A stretch of 64,000 nucleotides of DNA from an uncultured Gaiellaceae bacterium (GTDB taxonomy: Bacteria; Actinomycetota; Thermoleophilia; Gaiellales; Gaiellaceae). The position numbers and the translations under genes were made by a program. The notes beneath the pieces were generated by a model. The model did not search any database and had not been told where the DNA came from. It worked only from the letters and a program-made list of their open reading frames with translations. Position 1 is the first letter of the stretch. The number at the start of each line of letters is the position of its first letter. Location: positions 40,314 through 104,313 of the forward strand of contig CAWGGO010000009.1 in the NCBI GenBank assembly GCA_963822205.1, written 5' to 3'. Shown piece after piece: positions 29,357 to 38,096 of this stretch.

Positions 29357-30495
29357 TTCGCCAGCTCCACGGCCTTGCGTGCTCCGTCGAGCATCGTCGC
29401 CTCGACGTAGAGGCCCTCGGGCGCGGCGTCGGCCAGGACCTTCCGGCCCTCCTCCGCGTTCGTGCCGTCGAGCCTGACGACGATCGGCTGCTCGATCGTC
29501 ATCCGCTCGAGCGCGGCGAGGATCCCGCGCGCGACCTCGTCGCAGCGCGTGATCCCGCCGAAGATGTTGAAGAAGATCGACTTCACCTGCGGGTCCTGCA
29601 GGATCACCTCGAGCGCTTCGACGACGCCTTCGGCGTCGCCGCCGCCGCCGAGGTCGCAGAAGTTCGCCGGCCTGCCGCCGACGAGCGCGATCACATCGAG
29701 CGTCGACATGACGAGCCCGGCGCCGTTGCCGAGGATCCCGACCTCGCCGTCGAGCTTGACGTAGGTGACGCCCTTCTCGCGCGCGAGCGCCTCCAGCGGG
29801 TCTGCCGCGGCGGTATCGCGCATCTCGGCGATGTCCGGGTGCTTGTAGAGCGCGTTGTCGTCGACCGTGAACTTGGAGTCGAGCGCCTTCACCTCGCCCT
29901 CGGGCGTGACGATCAGCGGGTTGATCTCGCAGAGCATCGCGTCGGTGCCGACGAAGGCGTCGTAGAGCTTCCCGACGATCGCAGCGATCTGCTTCTGCTC
30001 GCCCGGATCCTCGACGCCCGCTGCGTAGATCAGGCGGCGGGCCTGGTAGGGCTGAAATCCCTCGAGCGCGTCGACGTGCAGGCGCACGAGCGCGTCCGGG
30101 GTCTTCTCGGCCACCTCCTCGATGTCCATCCCGCCCTGGGTCGTGAACATGAAGAGCGCCTTCTTGACCCCGCGGTCGAACGTGATCGAGAGGTAGTACT
30201 CCTTGGCGATCTCGGAGGCGGTCTCGATCCAGAGCGTCCGCACCACGTGTCCGCGGATGTCGAGCCCGAGGATCTCCGCCGCCTTCGCCTCCGCGTCCGC
30301 AGGATCGTCTGCCAGCTTGATTCCGCCCGCCTTGCCGCGCCCGCCCGTCAGCACCTGCGCCTTGACGACGACCTGGCCGCCGATCTCCTCGGCTGCGGCG
30401 CGCGCCTCCGCAGGCGTCGTCGCGACCCGCCCGTCCGAGACCGGGATCCCGAAGCGCTTGAAGAGCTGCTTGCCCTGATACTCGTAGAGGTCCAC
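29353..30495 (-). CDS. sucC: Succinyl-CoA ligase subunit beta
   Basis: The ORF is intact. Segments are (GTG)DLYEYQGKQLFKRFGIPV, VVVKAQVLTGGRGKAGG and NIFGGITRCDEVA. Confidence 0.95.
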   Translation of the reverse strand: MDLYEYQGKQLFKRFGIPVSDGRVATTPAEARAAAEEIGGQVVVKAQVLTGGRGKAGGIKLADDPADAEAKAAEILGLDIRGHVVRTLWIETASEIAKEYYLSITFDRGVKKALFMFTTQGGMDIEEVAEKTPDALVRLHVDALEGFQPYQARRLIYAAGVEDPGEQKQIAAIVGKLYDAFVGTDAMLCEINPLIVTPEGEVKALDSKFTVDDNALYKHPDIAEMRDTAAADPLEALAREKGVTYVKLDGEVGILGNGAGLVMSTLDVIALVGGRPANFCDLGGGGDAEGVVEALEVILQDPQVKSIFFNIFGGITRCDEVARGILAALERMTIEQPIVVRLDGTNAEEGRKVLADAAPEGLYVEATMLDGARKAVELAK

Positions 30496-30529
30496 GGCGC
30501 GGGCGACTCTACCTGCGTAGATTGGACCG

Positions 30530-31075
30530 ATGCGCCGGACCGTGCTCCTCGCCGTGCTGCTGCTGACGGGCTGCGGCGCCTCCGCCGAACCCAAGCCCGT
30601 CCCGCTCGCCCGCGCGGCCGAGCCGCAGCACGTCGAGCTGGGCTGGCGCGAGAGCTATCCGAGCACGGGGGAGCAGCTCCGGTTCGGCGTCGACGCTCTC
30701 GACGTGCGCCCGAAAGGCTGGTCGGTGGAGCTTCGCATCACGAACGCGACGAGTCGCACGTTCGAGCTCGGAGTCAACCGTGCCCAGCTCTCGTTCGGGC
30801 TGATGCTGTTCGCCACCGGCGACCTCGCAGAGCTCGAAGAGGCGAATCGCGAGGGCAGCCTGCCCCCGGTCCGCATGGCCGAGACGCTGAAGCCACCGCC
30901 GCCGGACGTGCTCGCCCCGGGCGCGAGCTGGCGCGCGACGATCTCCGCGCCGGGCTCGCTCGCCGACGGCAGCTACGTTCGCGTCGCGTTCGGCCCGCTT
31001 CGCGTCATCGGCGAGCCCCCCAAGGGCATGCAGCCGGTCGTCTTCTGGATCACCGACCGCTCCCACCGGCTCTGA
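30530..31075 (+). CDS. Hypothetical lipoprotein
   Basis: The signal peptide carries a lipobox: MRRTVLLAVLLLTGC. The ORF is intact at 181 aa, and I recognise no family. Confidence 0.6.
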   Translation: MRRTVLLAVLLLTGCGASAEPKPVPLARAAEPQHVELGWRESYPSTGEQLRFGVDALDVRPKGWSVELRITNATSRTFELGVNRAQLSFGLMLFATGDLAELEEANREGSLPPVRMAETLKPPPPDVLAPGASWRATISAPGSLADGSYVRVAFGPLRVIGEPPKGMQPVVFWITDRSHRL

Positions 31076-31131
31076 TCGCGACCACGCTGTAACCTCAGCG
31101 GCCTGTGAGTCGCCCCGGCCGAGGAGGACAG

Positions 31132-32472
31132 ATGGACGACGAGACGACCACGCTCGAAGACGAGGAGATGACGTCCACGGGTGACGGCGGCTTCGACGCC
31201 CGTCACGAGCGACGCCGACGGAGACGACACCGACACGACAGACGGTGACGCGGACGACACCGACGCCGACGAAGCGACACCGACGCAGACGACACCGACT
31301 CGGACGACGCCTAGCTCCCTCGCTCTCGACCGCGCGCTCGCGCCGGTCGAGAGCGAGACGTTTCTCGCGGAGCACTGGGAGCGGACGCCGCTCGTCGTAC
31401 CGCGCTCGGAGGAGGGCCGTTTCGACGACCTCCTCTCCGTCCGGGACGTCGAGCGGCTGATCACCGAGACCGGGATCCGGACGCCCGGGTTTCGCGTCGT
31501 CAAGGCGGGCGCGACGGTCTCGGGCTACACGACCGACCTGGCCTGGCGGCCGGAGCCCTTCACCGGCGTCGCCGACGTGCGCCGCGTGCTCGCCGAGTTC
31601 GAGGCGGGCGCGACGATCGTCCTGCAGGGCCTGCACCACAACTGGCTGCCGCTCGCCCGCTACTGCCGGCAGCTGGAAGCGTTCCTCGGTCACCCCGCGC
31701 AGGCGAACGCGTACTACACGCCGCGCGGCTCGCAGGGGCTTCCCGTTCACCACGACACGCACGAGGTGATCTCGCTCCAGGTCGCGGGCGAGAAGCGCTG
31801 GCTCGTCTACGAGCCCGTGCTGGAGCTGCCGCTGAAGAACCAGCGCTACCGCTCCGCGCTCGGCGCGCCCGGCGAGCCGGTGCTCGACGTGACCCTGCGC
31901 GCCGGCGACACGATGTACCTGCCGCGCGGCTGGCTCCACCAGGCGCTGACGTCCGGCTCCGACTCGCTGCACATCACCGTCGGCGTCAACGTGCGGCGCT
32001 GGATCGACGAAGCGCGCGCGGAGCTCGACGCGCAGGAGCAGCGAGCTCGCCTTCCGGGAGACGATCGACGGCGACGAGCCGCCCGAGCTGCCCGCGCTCG
32101 ACGCGCACGCGGTTCGGCGTCGCGCCCGCGAGCGCTTCGTCCGCAGCCGGCGGCCGATCCTGGACGGACAGCTGTCCGAGCTGCGCGCGCTCGACGAGCT
32201 CACGGTGGAGACGGAGCTCGAGCGGCGTGACACCGTGATCGCCGACCTGCACGGCACACGGCTCCTCTTCGAGGGCCGCGAGCATCAGCTTCCCGGAGCG
32301 CCTCGCCGCCGAGCTCGAGTTCCTGCTCACGACGGAGGAGCCGTTCCGCGCGACCGACCTGCCCGGCTCGCTGGACGCGGCCGGGCGGCTCGTCCTGCTC
32401 AGGAGGCTCGTGCGCGAAGGCTTTCTGCGACGTAGCGGCTCGGCCGCTTCAGCGCCGTCGTCGAGCAGGTGA
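31132..32472 (+). CDS. JmjC/cupin-4 domain protein (ribosomal-oxygenase-like) with an acidic Asp/Thr-rich N-terminal tract; frame switches
   Basis: A strong SD (GAGGAGGA) precedes the ATG at 31132. The core reads FLAEHWERTPLVV..GATIVLQGLHHNW..ANAYYTPRGSQGLPVHHDTHEVISLQVAGEKRW..YLPRGWLHQA (an HxD..H iron-binding pattern). The C-terminal winged-helix-like part lies in other frames, and the 3' end is uncertain. Confidence 0.6.
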
Positions 32473-33262
32473 GGTGGGTCGCCTCGCCCTCCTCCCGGCG
32501 AACGTCTACCTCGTACATCGTTTCGCCGGCCTCGACTTCGGCACGCCAGCCGTCCCCGGCACGCTCGATCGACGCGATCTGCACCGCTGAGATCTCGAGC
32601 AGCCCCGTCTCCTCGCGCACGCTCAGCTCCGCCGCTTGCGCCGCGAAGCCGTAGCACGAGCGCCCGCGATAGCAGGGCAGGTGCACGCGCCCGGCGAGCG
32701 AGGCCTCGATCACGGGCCAGGCCTCCGACGGCTCGACCCGCCCGTAGTAGACCCCGTCCGGGAGCGCGACGAGGTTGCCCGCGAAACGGTCGCCGCCGAT
32801 GTGCGTCGACTGCCAGACCCAGCCCTCCTCGACCTGCTCGCGAACGGCGTCCCAGAGCGGACGCCCGTACTTGGCGCAGCAGCGGTCGTGCTTGCCGTGC
32901 GTGCAGACGAGGAAGAGCGGATGCCCGACCGGCGAGCCTGCGGTCTCGAGGTCGAGCCCGATCAGGTCGTCGTGGCGGTCGAGCTCGAGGCGGCGCAGCT
33001 CGCCGCCGGCTCGCGTGGTGCGCGCGAGGAAGGCAAGCAGCCCGTCCCGGCCGCGCCGCTCGGCGCCGCGGACGAAGAGGATCCGCGCGTGCGGGAGCCG
33101 CCGGCGCTCGGTGCGGAGGAACGCCTTCAGCTCGTCGCTCAGCGATCGAGCCATCGACCGCGTCGTGCGCCCAGAGCCCGCGGTACTCGAGCAGGATCCA
33201 CGTGTCGACGCGGCTCGCCGTCGCGCCGACCGGCTCGCCGTGAGCCAGGGACGTCTCGGCAC
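32399..33262 (-). CDS. Sucrase/ferredoxin-like (thioredoxin-fold, Cys-cluster) family protein
   Basis: The Cys motif is LFLVCTHGKHDRCCAKYG. The family-typical N-terminus (CAETSLAHGEPVGATASRVDTWILLEYRGLW) lies in another frame, with switches near 33255 and 33150. Confidence 0.55.
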   Translation of the reverse strand: MPRRPWLTASRSARRRAASTRGSCSSTAGSGRTTRSMARSLSDELKAFLRTERRRLPHARILFVRGAERRGRDGLLAFLARTTRAGGELRRLELDRHDDLIGLDLETAGSPVGHPLFLVCTHGKHDRCCAKYGRPLWDAVREQVEEGWVWQSTHIGGDRFAGNLVALPDGVYYGRVEPSEAWPVIEASLAGRVHLPCYRGRSCYGFAAQAAELSVREETGLLEISAVQIASIERAGDGWRAEVEAGETMYEVDVRREEGEATHLTCSTTALKRPSRYVAESLRARAS

Positions 33263-33270
33263 AGAGCGGC

Positions 33271-35032
33271 TTACTCGCCCAGGACGAGGCAGATCACCTG
33301 CCCACTCGCAACTGCGTCACCCGGCGAGACGGACAGCTCCGCGACGGTGCCCGAGCGGTGGGCGGAGATCTCGTTCTCCATCTTCATCGCCTCGACCACG
33401 CAGAGCACGTGGCCGGCCTCGACCCGATCGCCCTCGGCCACCTCCACCTTCAGCACCGTCCCCTGCATCGGGCTGACGACCGCCTCGCTGCCCGCGCCTC
33501 CGGGCCCGCTGGCGGCGCGCTCGCGCCGCCGCTGCGCCAGCTCCGCCCAGGGCGGCTCTGGCTCGAGCACGGTGACGTCGTAGCGGCGCCCACCGACTTC
33601 GACCGCAGTCGCCCGCGGTCGCAGCCGGCCGTCCGCCGACGCGGTCGCCTGCGACGGCTCCCGTGTCAGCTCCTGAGCGCGGGCGGCGAGCTCCTCGGAC
33701 TCGACGATGCCGTGACAGGTCTCGCCGGCGATGAAGCAGGGGTGCGAGAGGAGCGCGCGGTGGAAGCCGAGCAGCGTCGGCGGCCCGCCGATCTCGAACT
33801 CGTCGAGGGCGCGGAGCATCCGCATGCGCGCGTGCTCGCGATCGACGCCGTGCACGATCAGCTTCGCGATCATCGGGTCGTAAAGGCCGGTGATCTCCGT
33901 GCCCTCGACGACCCCCGAGTCGACGCGCACCCCCGGCCCGCCCGGCTCCCGGTAGGTCGTGAGGCGCCCCGGAGCCGGCAGGAACCCGCTCGCCACGTCC
34001 TCGGCGTTGATCCGGCATTCGATCGCGTGGCCGCGGAGCTGGACGTCCTCCTGGCGCAGCGAGAGCGGCTCGCCGGCCGCGATGCGCACCTGCTCGCGGA
34101 CGAGGTCGATCCCGGTCACCTCCTCCGTGACGGTGTGCTCGACCTGGATCCGCGTGTTCATCTCCATGAAGTAGTAGTCGCCGGCCGGAGTGAGGAGGCC
34201 CTCGATCGTCCCGGCCGAGCGGTAGCCCGCGGCACGCGCTGCGTCCACCGCGATCCGGCCGATCCGCTCGCGCAGCGCCTCGTCGACGGCAGGCGAGGGC
34301 GTCTCCTCGATCAGCTTCTGGTGGCGGCGCTGGATCGTGCAGTCGCGCTCGCCGAGATGGATCACGTTCCCGTGGGCGTCCGCCAGCACCTGCACCTCGA
34401 CGTGGCGCGGATCCTCGAGATACCGCTCGACGTACACCCGCCCGTCGGCGAAGTACTTCTCACCCTCGCGCTGGGCGGACTCGAACGCCCGCTCGGCCTC
34501 CGCCGGCGCGCGTGACCAGCTTCATGCCCTTGCCGCCGCCGCCCGCGGCGGCCTTGACGATCAGCGGGTAGCCGACCTCCTCGCCGAGCCGGAGCACCTC
34601 CGCCACGGTCTCGACCGGATCGGTCGCGCCCGGGATGATCGGCACGCCGGCGGCGCGCATCGCGGTCCGCGCCCGCGTCTTGGAGCCCATCAGCTCGATC
34701 GCCGCGCTCGGCGGCCCGATCCAGGCGAGGCCCGAGTCCTCGACGGCACGGGCGAAGCCGGCGTTCTCTGCGAGGAAGCCGTAGCCGGGATGGATCGCCT
34801 CTGCGCCCGCGCGCTGTGCGGTCTCGACGATCCGCTCGCCGACGAGGTAGCTCTCGGCCGCCGGGCCGGGGCCGACGAGGAAGGCTTCGTCGGCAGCGCG
34901 CACGTGCGGCGCGTCGCGGTCCGCCTCCGAATAGACCGCCACGGCGCCGATCCCGAGCTCGCGGAGCGTCCGGAAGATCCGGATCGCGATCTCGCCCCGG
35001 TTCGCGACCAGGACTTTCGAGAAGAGAGGCAT
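33271..35032 (-). CDS. accA: Acyl-CoA carboxylase alpha subunit (biotin carboxylase + BCCP domains); one frame switch near 34510
   Basis: Segments are MPLFSKVLVANRGEIAIR.., GGGGKGM.., EMNTRIQVEH.., and the C-terminal biotinyl motif EAMKMEN. Confidence 0.85.
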
Positions 35033-35055
35033 GCCGCGCGTATTCTCCCCAAGCC

Positions 35056-35592
35056 ATGACGCTCCCGGATCAGCTGACCGTCGCTCGCGCCGCGTCGGTG
35101 CCGCTCGTCGTCCTCCTCTTCGCGTGGGAGCTGCCGCACAACGAGTACTGGGCGACCGGCCTCTTCTGCGTCGCGATGGCGACGGACTGGTTCGACGGCC
35201 GGATCGCGCGCCGGCGCGGGGTGACCTCCCAGCTCGGCTCGCTGCTCGACCCGATCGCCGACAAGGTGCTCGTGCTCGCAGTGCTCGTGATGCTGATCGA
35301 GGACGGCGTGTGGCCCGCCTGGATGGTCGCGGCGATCGTGGCGCGCGAGCTGCTGATCTCGGGACTGCGGCTGGCGGCGCTCGAGCGCGGTGTCGTGATC
35401 GCCGCCCGCGAGCTCGGCAAGCTGAAGACGTGGGCGCAGGCGACTGCGGCCGCGCTCGGAGGCTTCGCGGCCGCGGGCGCTTGGGACGACGCGATCGCCT
35501 GGTGGGCGCTGCTCGTCGCGCTCATCCTCACCTGGGTGTCCGGGCTCGATTACGCCCGGTCCGCGCCGCGCTTGCTGCGGGCAGCGCGCTGA
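35056..35592 (+). CDS. pgsA: CDP-diacylglycerol--glycerol-3-phosphate 3-phosphatidyltransferase
   Basis: The CDP-alcohol phosphatidyltransferase motif is DWFDGRIARRRGVTSQLGSLLDPIADK. The protein has multiple TM helices and the ORF is intact. Confidence 0.85.
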   Translation: MTLPDQLTVARAASVPLVVLLFAWELPHNEYWATGLFCVAMATDWFDGRIARRRGVTSQLGSLLDPIADKVLVLAVLVMLIEDGVWPAWMVAAIVARELLISGLRLAALERGVVIAARELGKLKTWAQATAAALGGFAAAGAWDDAIAWWALLVALILTWVSGLDYARSAPRLLRAAR

Positions 35593-35624
35593 GGCGACCT
35601 GCCGCGTGATGCGACGGCCGGCTA

Positions 35625-35641
35625 AGGCCGCGAAGCGGCCT
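35625..35641 (+). terminator. Hairpin AGGCCGC-GAA-GCGGCCT followed by CTTC, 33 nt after the pgsA stop
   Basis: The 7-bp GC-rich stem was read directly. The T-tract is weak, as is common in high-GC genomes. Confidence 0.35.
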
Positions 35642-35659
35642 CTTCAGGGGTCTTCGCGC

Positions 35660-35689
35660 GATCGGAATCTGCTCCCGCAGATTCCGATC
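35660..35689. terminator. Perfect 13-bp-stem hairpin GATCGGAATCTGC-TCCC-GCAGATTCCGATC between convergent pgsA (+) and a small ORF (-)
   Basis: Read directly from the sequence. It lies 5 nt downstream of the stop of the 56-aa minus-strand ORF and has no U-tract on either strand. Confidence 0.45.
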
Positions 35690-35694
35690 TGGCG

Positions 35695-35865
35695 CTAAAC
35701 AGTCTGGTGCGAGTCGCACCAGTCGCCGAACGCGGCCCAGGCGCCGAGGTAGCCGGCGAGCTGGGTCAGGCCCCGCGCAACCTCGACCTTGATCGAGATG
35801 ACGCAGATCGGGCAGAAGGGCTCTTCGGCGGAGCGGGCTGGATGTTCTCCACAGCGGCAGCACAT
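35695..35865 (-). CDS. Small Cys-rich (zinc-ribbon-like) protein, 56 aa, below the ORF-track length cutoff
   Basis: Hand translation from the ATG at 35865 gives MCCRCGEHPARSAEEPFCPICVISIKVEVARGLTQLAGYLGAWAAFGDWCDSHQTV*. GC3 is high throughout, and it has a CxxC...CPxC pattern. The listed ORF 35528..35863 is the overlapping wrong frame. Confidence 0.35.
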   Translation of the reverse strand: MCCRCGEHPARSAEEPFCPICVISIKVEVARGLTQLAGYLGAWAAFGDWCDSHQTV

Positions 35866-35898
35866 AGTGCTCTTGAAACGACCCGAGACCGTTGCCGG

Positions 35899-36045
35899 TT
35901 ACGGGTCGAGCTCGTCATTCTCGACGCCCTCCAGCAACGCGGTCTCAGCCCAATCGCCCAAGCGCGGTTCCACCGGCGCGCCGAGCACGGCGAGGATCGC
36001 CTCTCGCTCGGCGTCCGACGGCTCCGGCTCGATCGTCGCGGACAT
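35899..36045 (-). CDS. Small acidic protein, 48 aa (faint resemblance to acyl-CoA carboxylase epsilon subunits)
   Basis: This is the terminal part of ORF 35899..36264(-): MSATIEPEPSDAEREAILAVLGAPVEPRLGDWAETALLEGVENDELDP*. The part upstream of this ATG has poor coding character. Confidence 0.3.
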   Translation of the reverse strand: MSATIEPEPSDAEREAILAVLGAPVEPRLGDWAETALLEGVENDELDP

Positions 36046-36169
36046 GCCGCGAAGCCTAACGACCCGCTTTGTAACCGAAATCACTGAATACCCTTTTCGA
36101 GGGATTACCCAGCGCCCGCGGAGGTGCAGTATCCCGCTTGTCTGGCGTCCCGCGGTAGGAGGAAGAGAA

Positions 36170-36277
36170 ATGTTGCAATGGAAAAGCGCACGAATGATCG
36201 GGCTTCTCGTAACCCTCGGCAGCCTTGCTGCCGCGTTCGGGAACTGGGGTTGGGAAAGCTTCACCTGGGGCTGGTAG
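36170..36277 (+). CDS. 35-aa Trp-rich membrane micropeptide
   Basis: GGTAGGAGGAAGAGAA-ATG gives a strong SD at good spacing. The peptide reads MLQWKSARMIGLLVTLGSLAAAFGNWGWESFTWGW*. Its stop lies 28 nt before the GGDEF/HD-GYP gene ATG. Confidence 0.4.
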   Translation: MLQWKSARMIGLLVTLGSLAAAFGNWGWESFTWGW

Positions 36278-36305
36278 GGACCACCCTGTGAGTCCGGGGG
36301 TCAAA

Positions 36306-38096
36306 ATGCCCCCGAGGCTCGCGGCGGTCGTCCTGCCCGTCGGGTTCCTCGGATCCGCGGTCGCCGCGGCGGCCGCGATTTCGTTCGCCGTGTCGCCTCC
36401 CGACGTGGCGATGCTGGCGGGGATCGCCGGCCTGCTCGCGGCGTCGACGCTCGCAGAGCGCTACCCGGTCCCGCTCGACGGGATCGACACCGGCGGCGTC
36501 TCGCTCGGCTTCGTCTTCTGCACGGCCGCGATCGTGCTCTACGGCTGGGAGGCGGGCGTGATCGTCGGCCTCGCGGCGCCGATCATGCACATGCTCGAGC
36601 ACCGGCCGCCAATCCGCGTCTTCTACAACGCGTCGATGCTCGCAATCGCCGCGATGGCGGCCGGATTGGCGATCGCGCCACTCCGCGGAGACGACGCCGC
36701 GCTGGTCTTCGCGCAAGTGCTCGTCGCAGCGGTCACGCACTTCGGGGTCAACCTGCTGCTGATCAGCCTCGTCGTCAGCGTCAGCTCGCGGAAGCCGATC
36801 GTGCAGGTCGTCCGCACCAGCATCACCATCTCGGGGATGCCGTTCGCGCTGATGGCGTCGGCGGCCTTGATGCTCGTCATCCTCTGGCAGCGGTCGCCGT
36901 TCCTCTCGGGCGCGCTCGTCGGGCCGCTGCTCGCAATCGCGCTCTACCAGCGCTCGACGTTCCGGGAGCTGCGGGCAATGCGGCTCGCGCTGACCGACCC
37001 GCTGACCGGGCTCGGCAACCACCGCCATTTCCACGACCGGCTCGAGCGCGAGCTGGCCGACTCGCGCGCGCAGGGCTATCCGCTCAGCCTCTGCATGATC
37101 GACATCGACGACTTCAAGCGGGTCAACGACCGCTTCGGACATCCGGGCGGCGACAAGGTGCTCGCCCAGCTGGCGACGAACCTGCGCCAGGGTGGCGAGG
37201 CGTTCCGGCTCGGCGGCGACGAGTTCGCGATCCTGCTTCCCGGACGCGACGAGGAAGGCTCGCGGATCGCGGCCGAGGCGATCGTCGAACGGATCGCCGC
37301 GGTCGAGCTGGAGCCCGCCGGGCCCGTCACGATCAGCGCGGGCATCGCAACCGTGCCGGCGGAGGAGCTGAGCCGGGACGAGCTCGTGCGGCGCGCGGAC
37401 AGCGCGCTCTACTGGGCGAAGGAATACGGCAAGAACCAGGTGCGCGTCTACCGCCCGGACGTGATCGAGATCGCCGAGCTGAAGCGCCTCGCCGCCGGGC
37501 CGGACCGGGCGGCGCGCTTCCGTGCGGCGGCCAGCCTGGCCAGGGCGGTCGACGCGCGCGACGCCTACACGGGCTCGCACTCCGAGCGCGTTGCCGACCT
37601 CGCGGCCCGGATCGCGACGCGGCTCGGCATCGACAGGGAGCAGGTCGAGCTGACCCGCCTCGCCGGCAGCCTGCACGACCTCGGCAAGCTCGCCATCCCC
37701 GAGGAGATCCTGCGCAAGCCCGGCCCACTCTCCGAGGCGGAGCGGCTCGTGCTCGAGCGCCATCCGCAGATCGGCTTCCGCATGCTCGAAAGCCTCGGCG
37801 TCGACCCGGTCGCCGACTGGGTGCTCCACCACCACGAGCGCTGGGACGGCTCCGGCTATCCGGACGGGGTCGGCGGCGAGGAGATCCCGCTCGGCGCACG
37901 GATCATCTTCGTCGCCGACGCGTACGACGCGATGACCTCCGACCGGGTCTACCGCGGCCGGCTCACGGACGACGAGGCGATCGCCGAGCTCGACCGCTGC
38001 GCCGGTACCCAGTTCGACCCCGACATCGTCGCCGCGCTCGCGGACGAGCTCGGCGTCGGCGACTTGCGGCAGCCGCTCGCCGCAGTCCCCGCCTAG
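36306..38096 (+). CDS. Membrane sensor with GGDEF (diguanylate cyclase) and HD-GYP (c-di-GMP phosphodiesterase) domains
   Basis: The ORF is intact. About six to seven N-terminal TM helices are followed by TDPLTGLGNHR..RLGGDEFAIL (an intact GGDEF motif). The HD-GYP part reads HSERVA..SLHDLGK..HHERWDGSGYP. Confidence 0.9.
   Translation: MPPRLAAVVLPVGFLGSAVAAAAAISFAVSPPDVAMLAGIAGLLAASTLAERYPVPLDGIDTGGVSLGFVFCTAAIVLYGWEAGVIVGLAAPIMHMLEHRPPIRVFYNASMLAIAAMAAGLAIAPLRGDDAALVFAQVLVAAVTHFGVNLLLISLVVSVSSRKPIVQVVRTSITISGMPFALMASAALMLVILWQRSPFLSGALVGPLLAIALYQRSTFRELRAMRLALTDPLTGLGNHRHFHDRLERELADSRAQGYPLSLCMIDIDDFKRVNDRFGHPGGDKVLAQLATNLRQGGEAFRLGGDEFAILLPGRDEEGSRIAAEAIVERIAAVELEPAGPVTISAGIATVPAEELSRDELVRRADSALYWAKEYGKNQVRVYRPDVIEIAELKRLAAGPDRAARFRAAASLARAVDARDAYTGSHSERVADLAARIATRLGIDREQVELTRLAGSLHDLGKLAIPEEILRKPGPLSEAERLVLERHPQIGFRMLESLGVDPVADWVLHHHERWDGSGYPDGVGGEEIPLGARIIFVADAYDAMTSDRVYRGRLTDDEAIAELDRCAGTQFDPDIVAALADELGVGDLRQPLAAVPA

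Noticed and set aside
36170-36277. The Trp-rich short ORF as a tryptophan attenuation leader peptide
   Set aside because: The downstream gene is a c-di-GMP enzyme, not trp biosynthesis. The peptide contains a full TM helix. I could find no terminator/antiterminator alternative hairpins in the 28-nt spacer.
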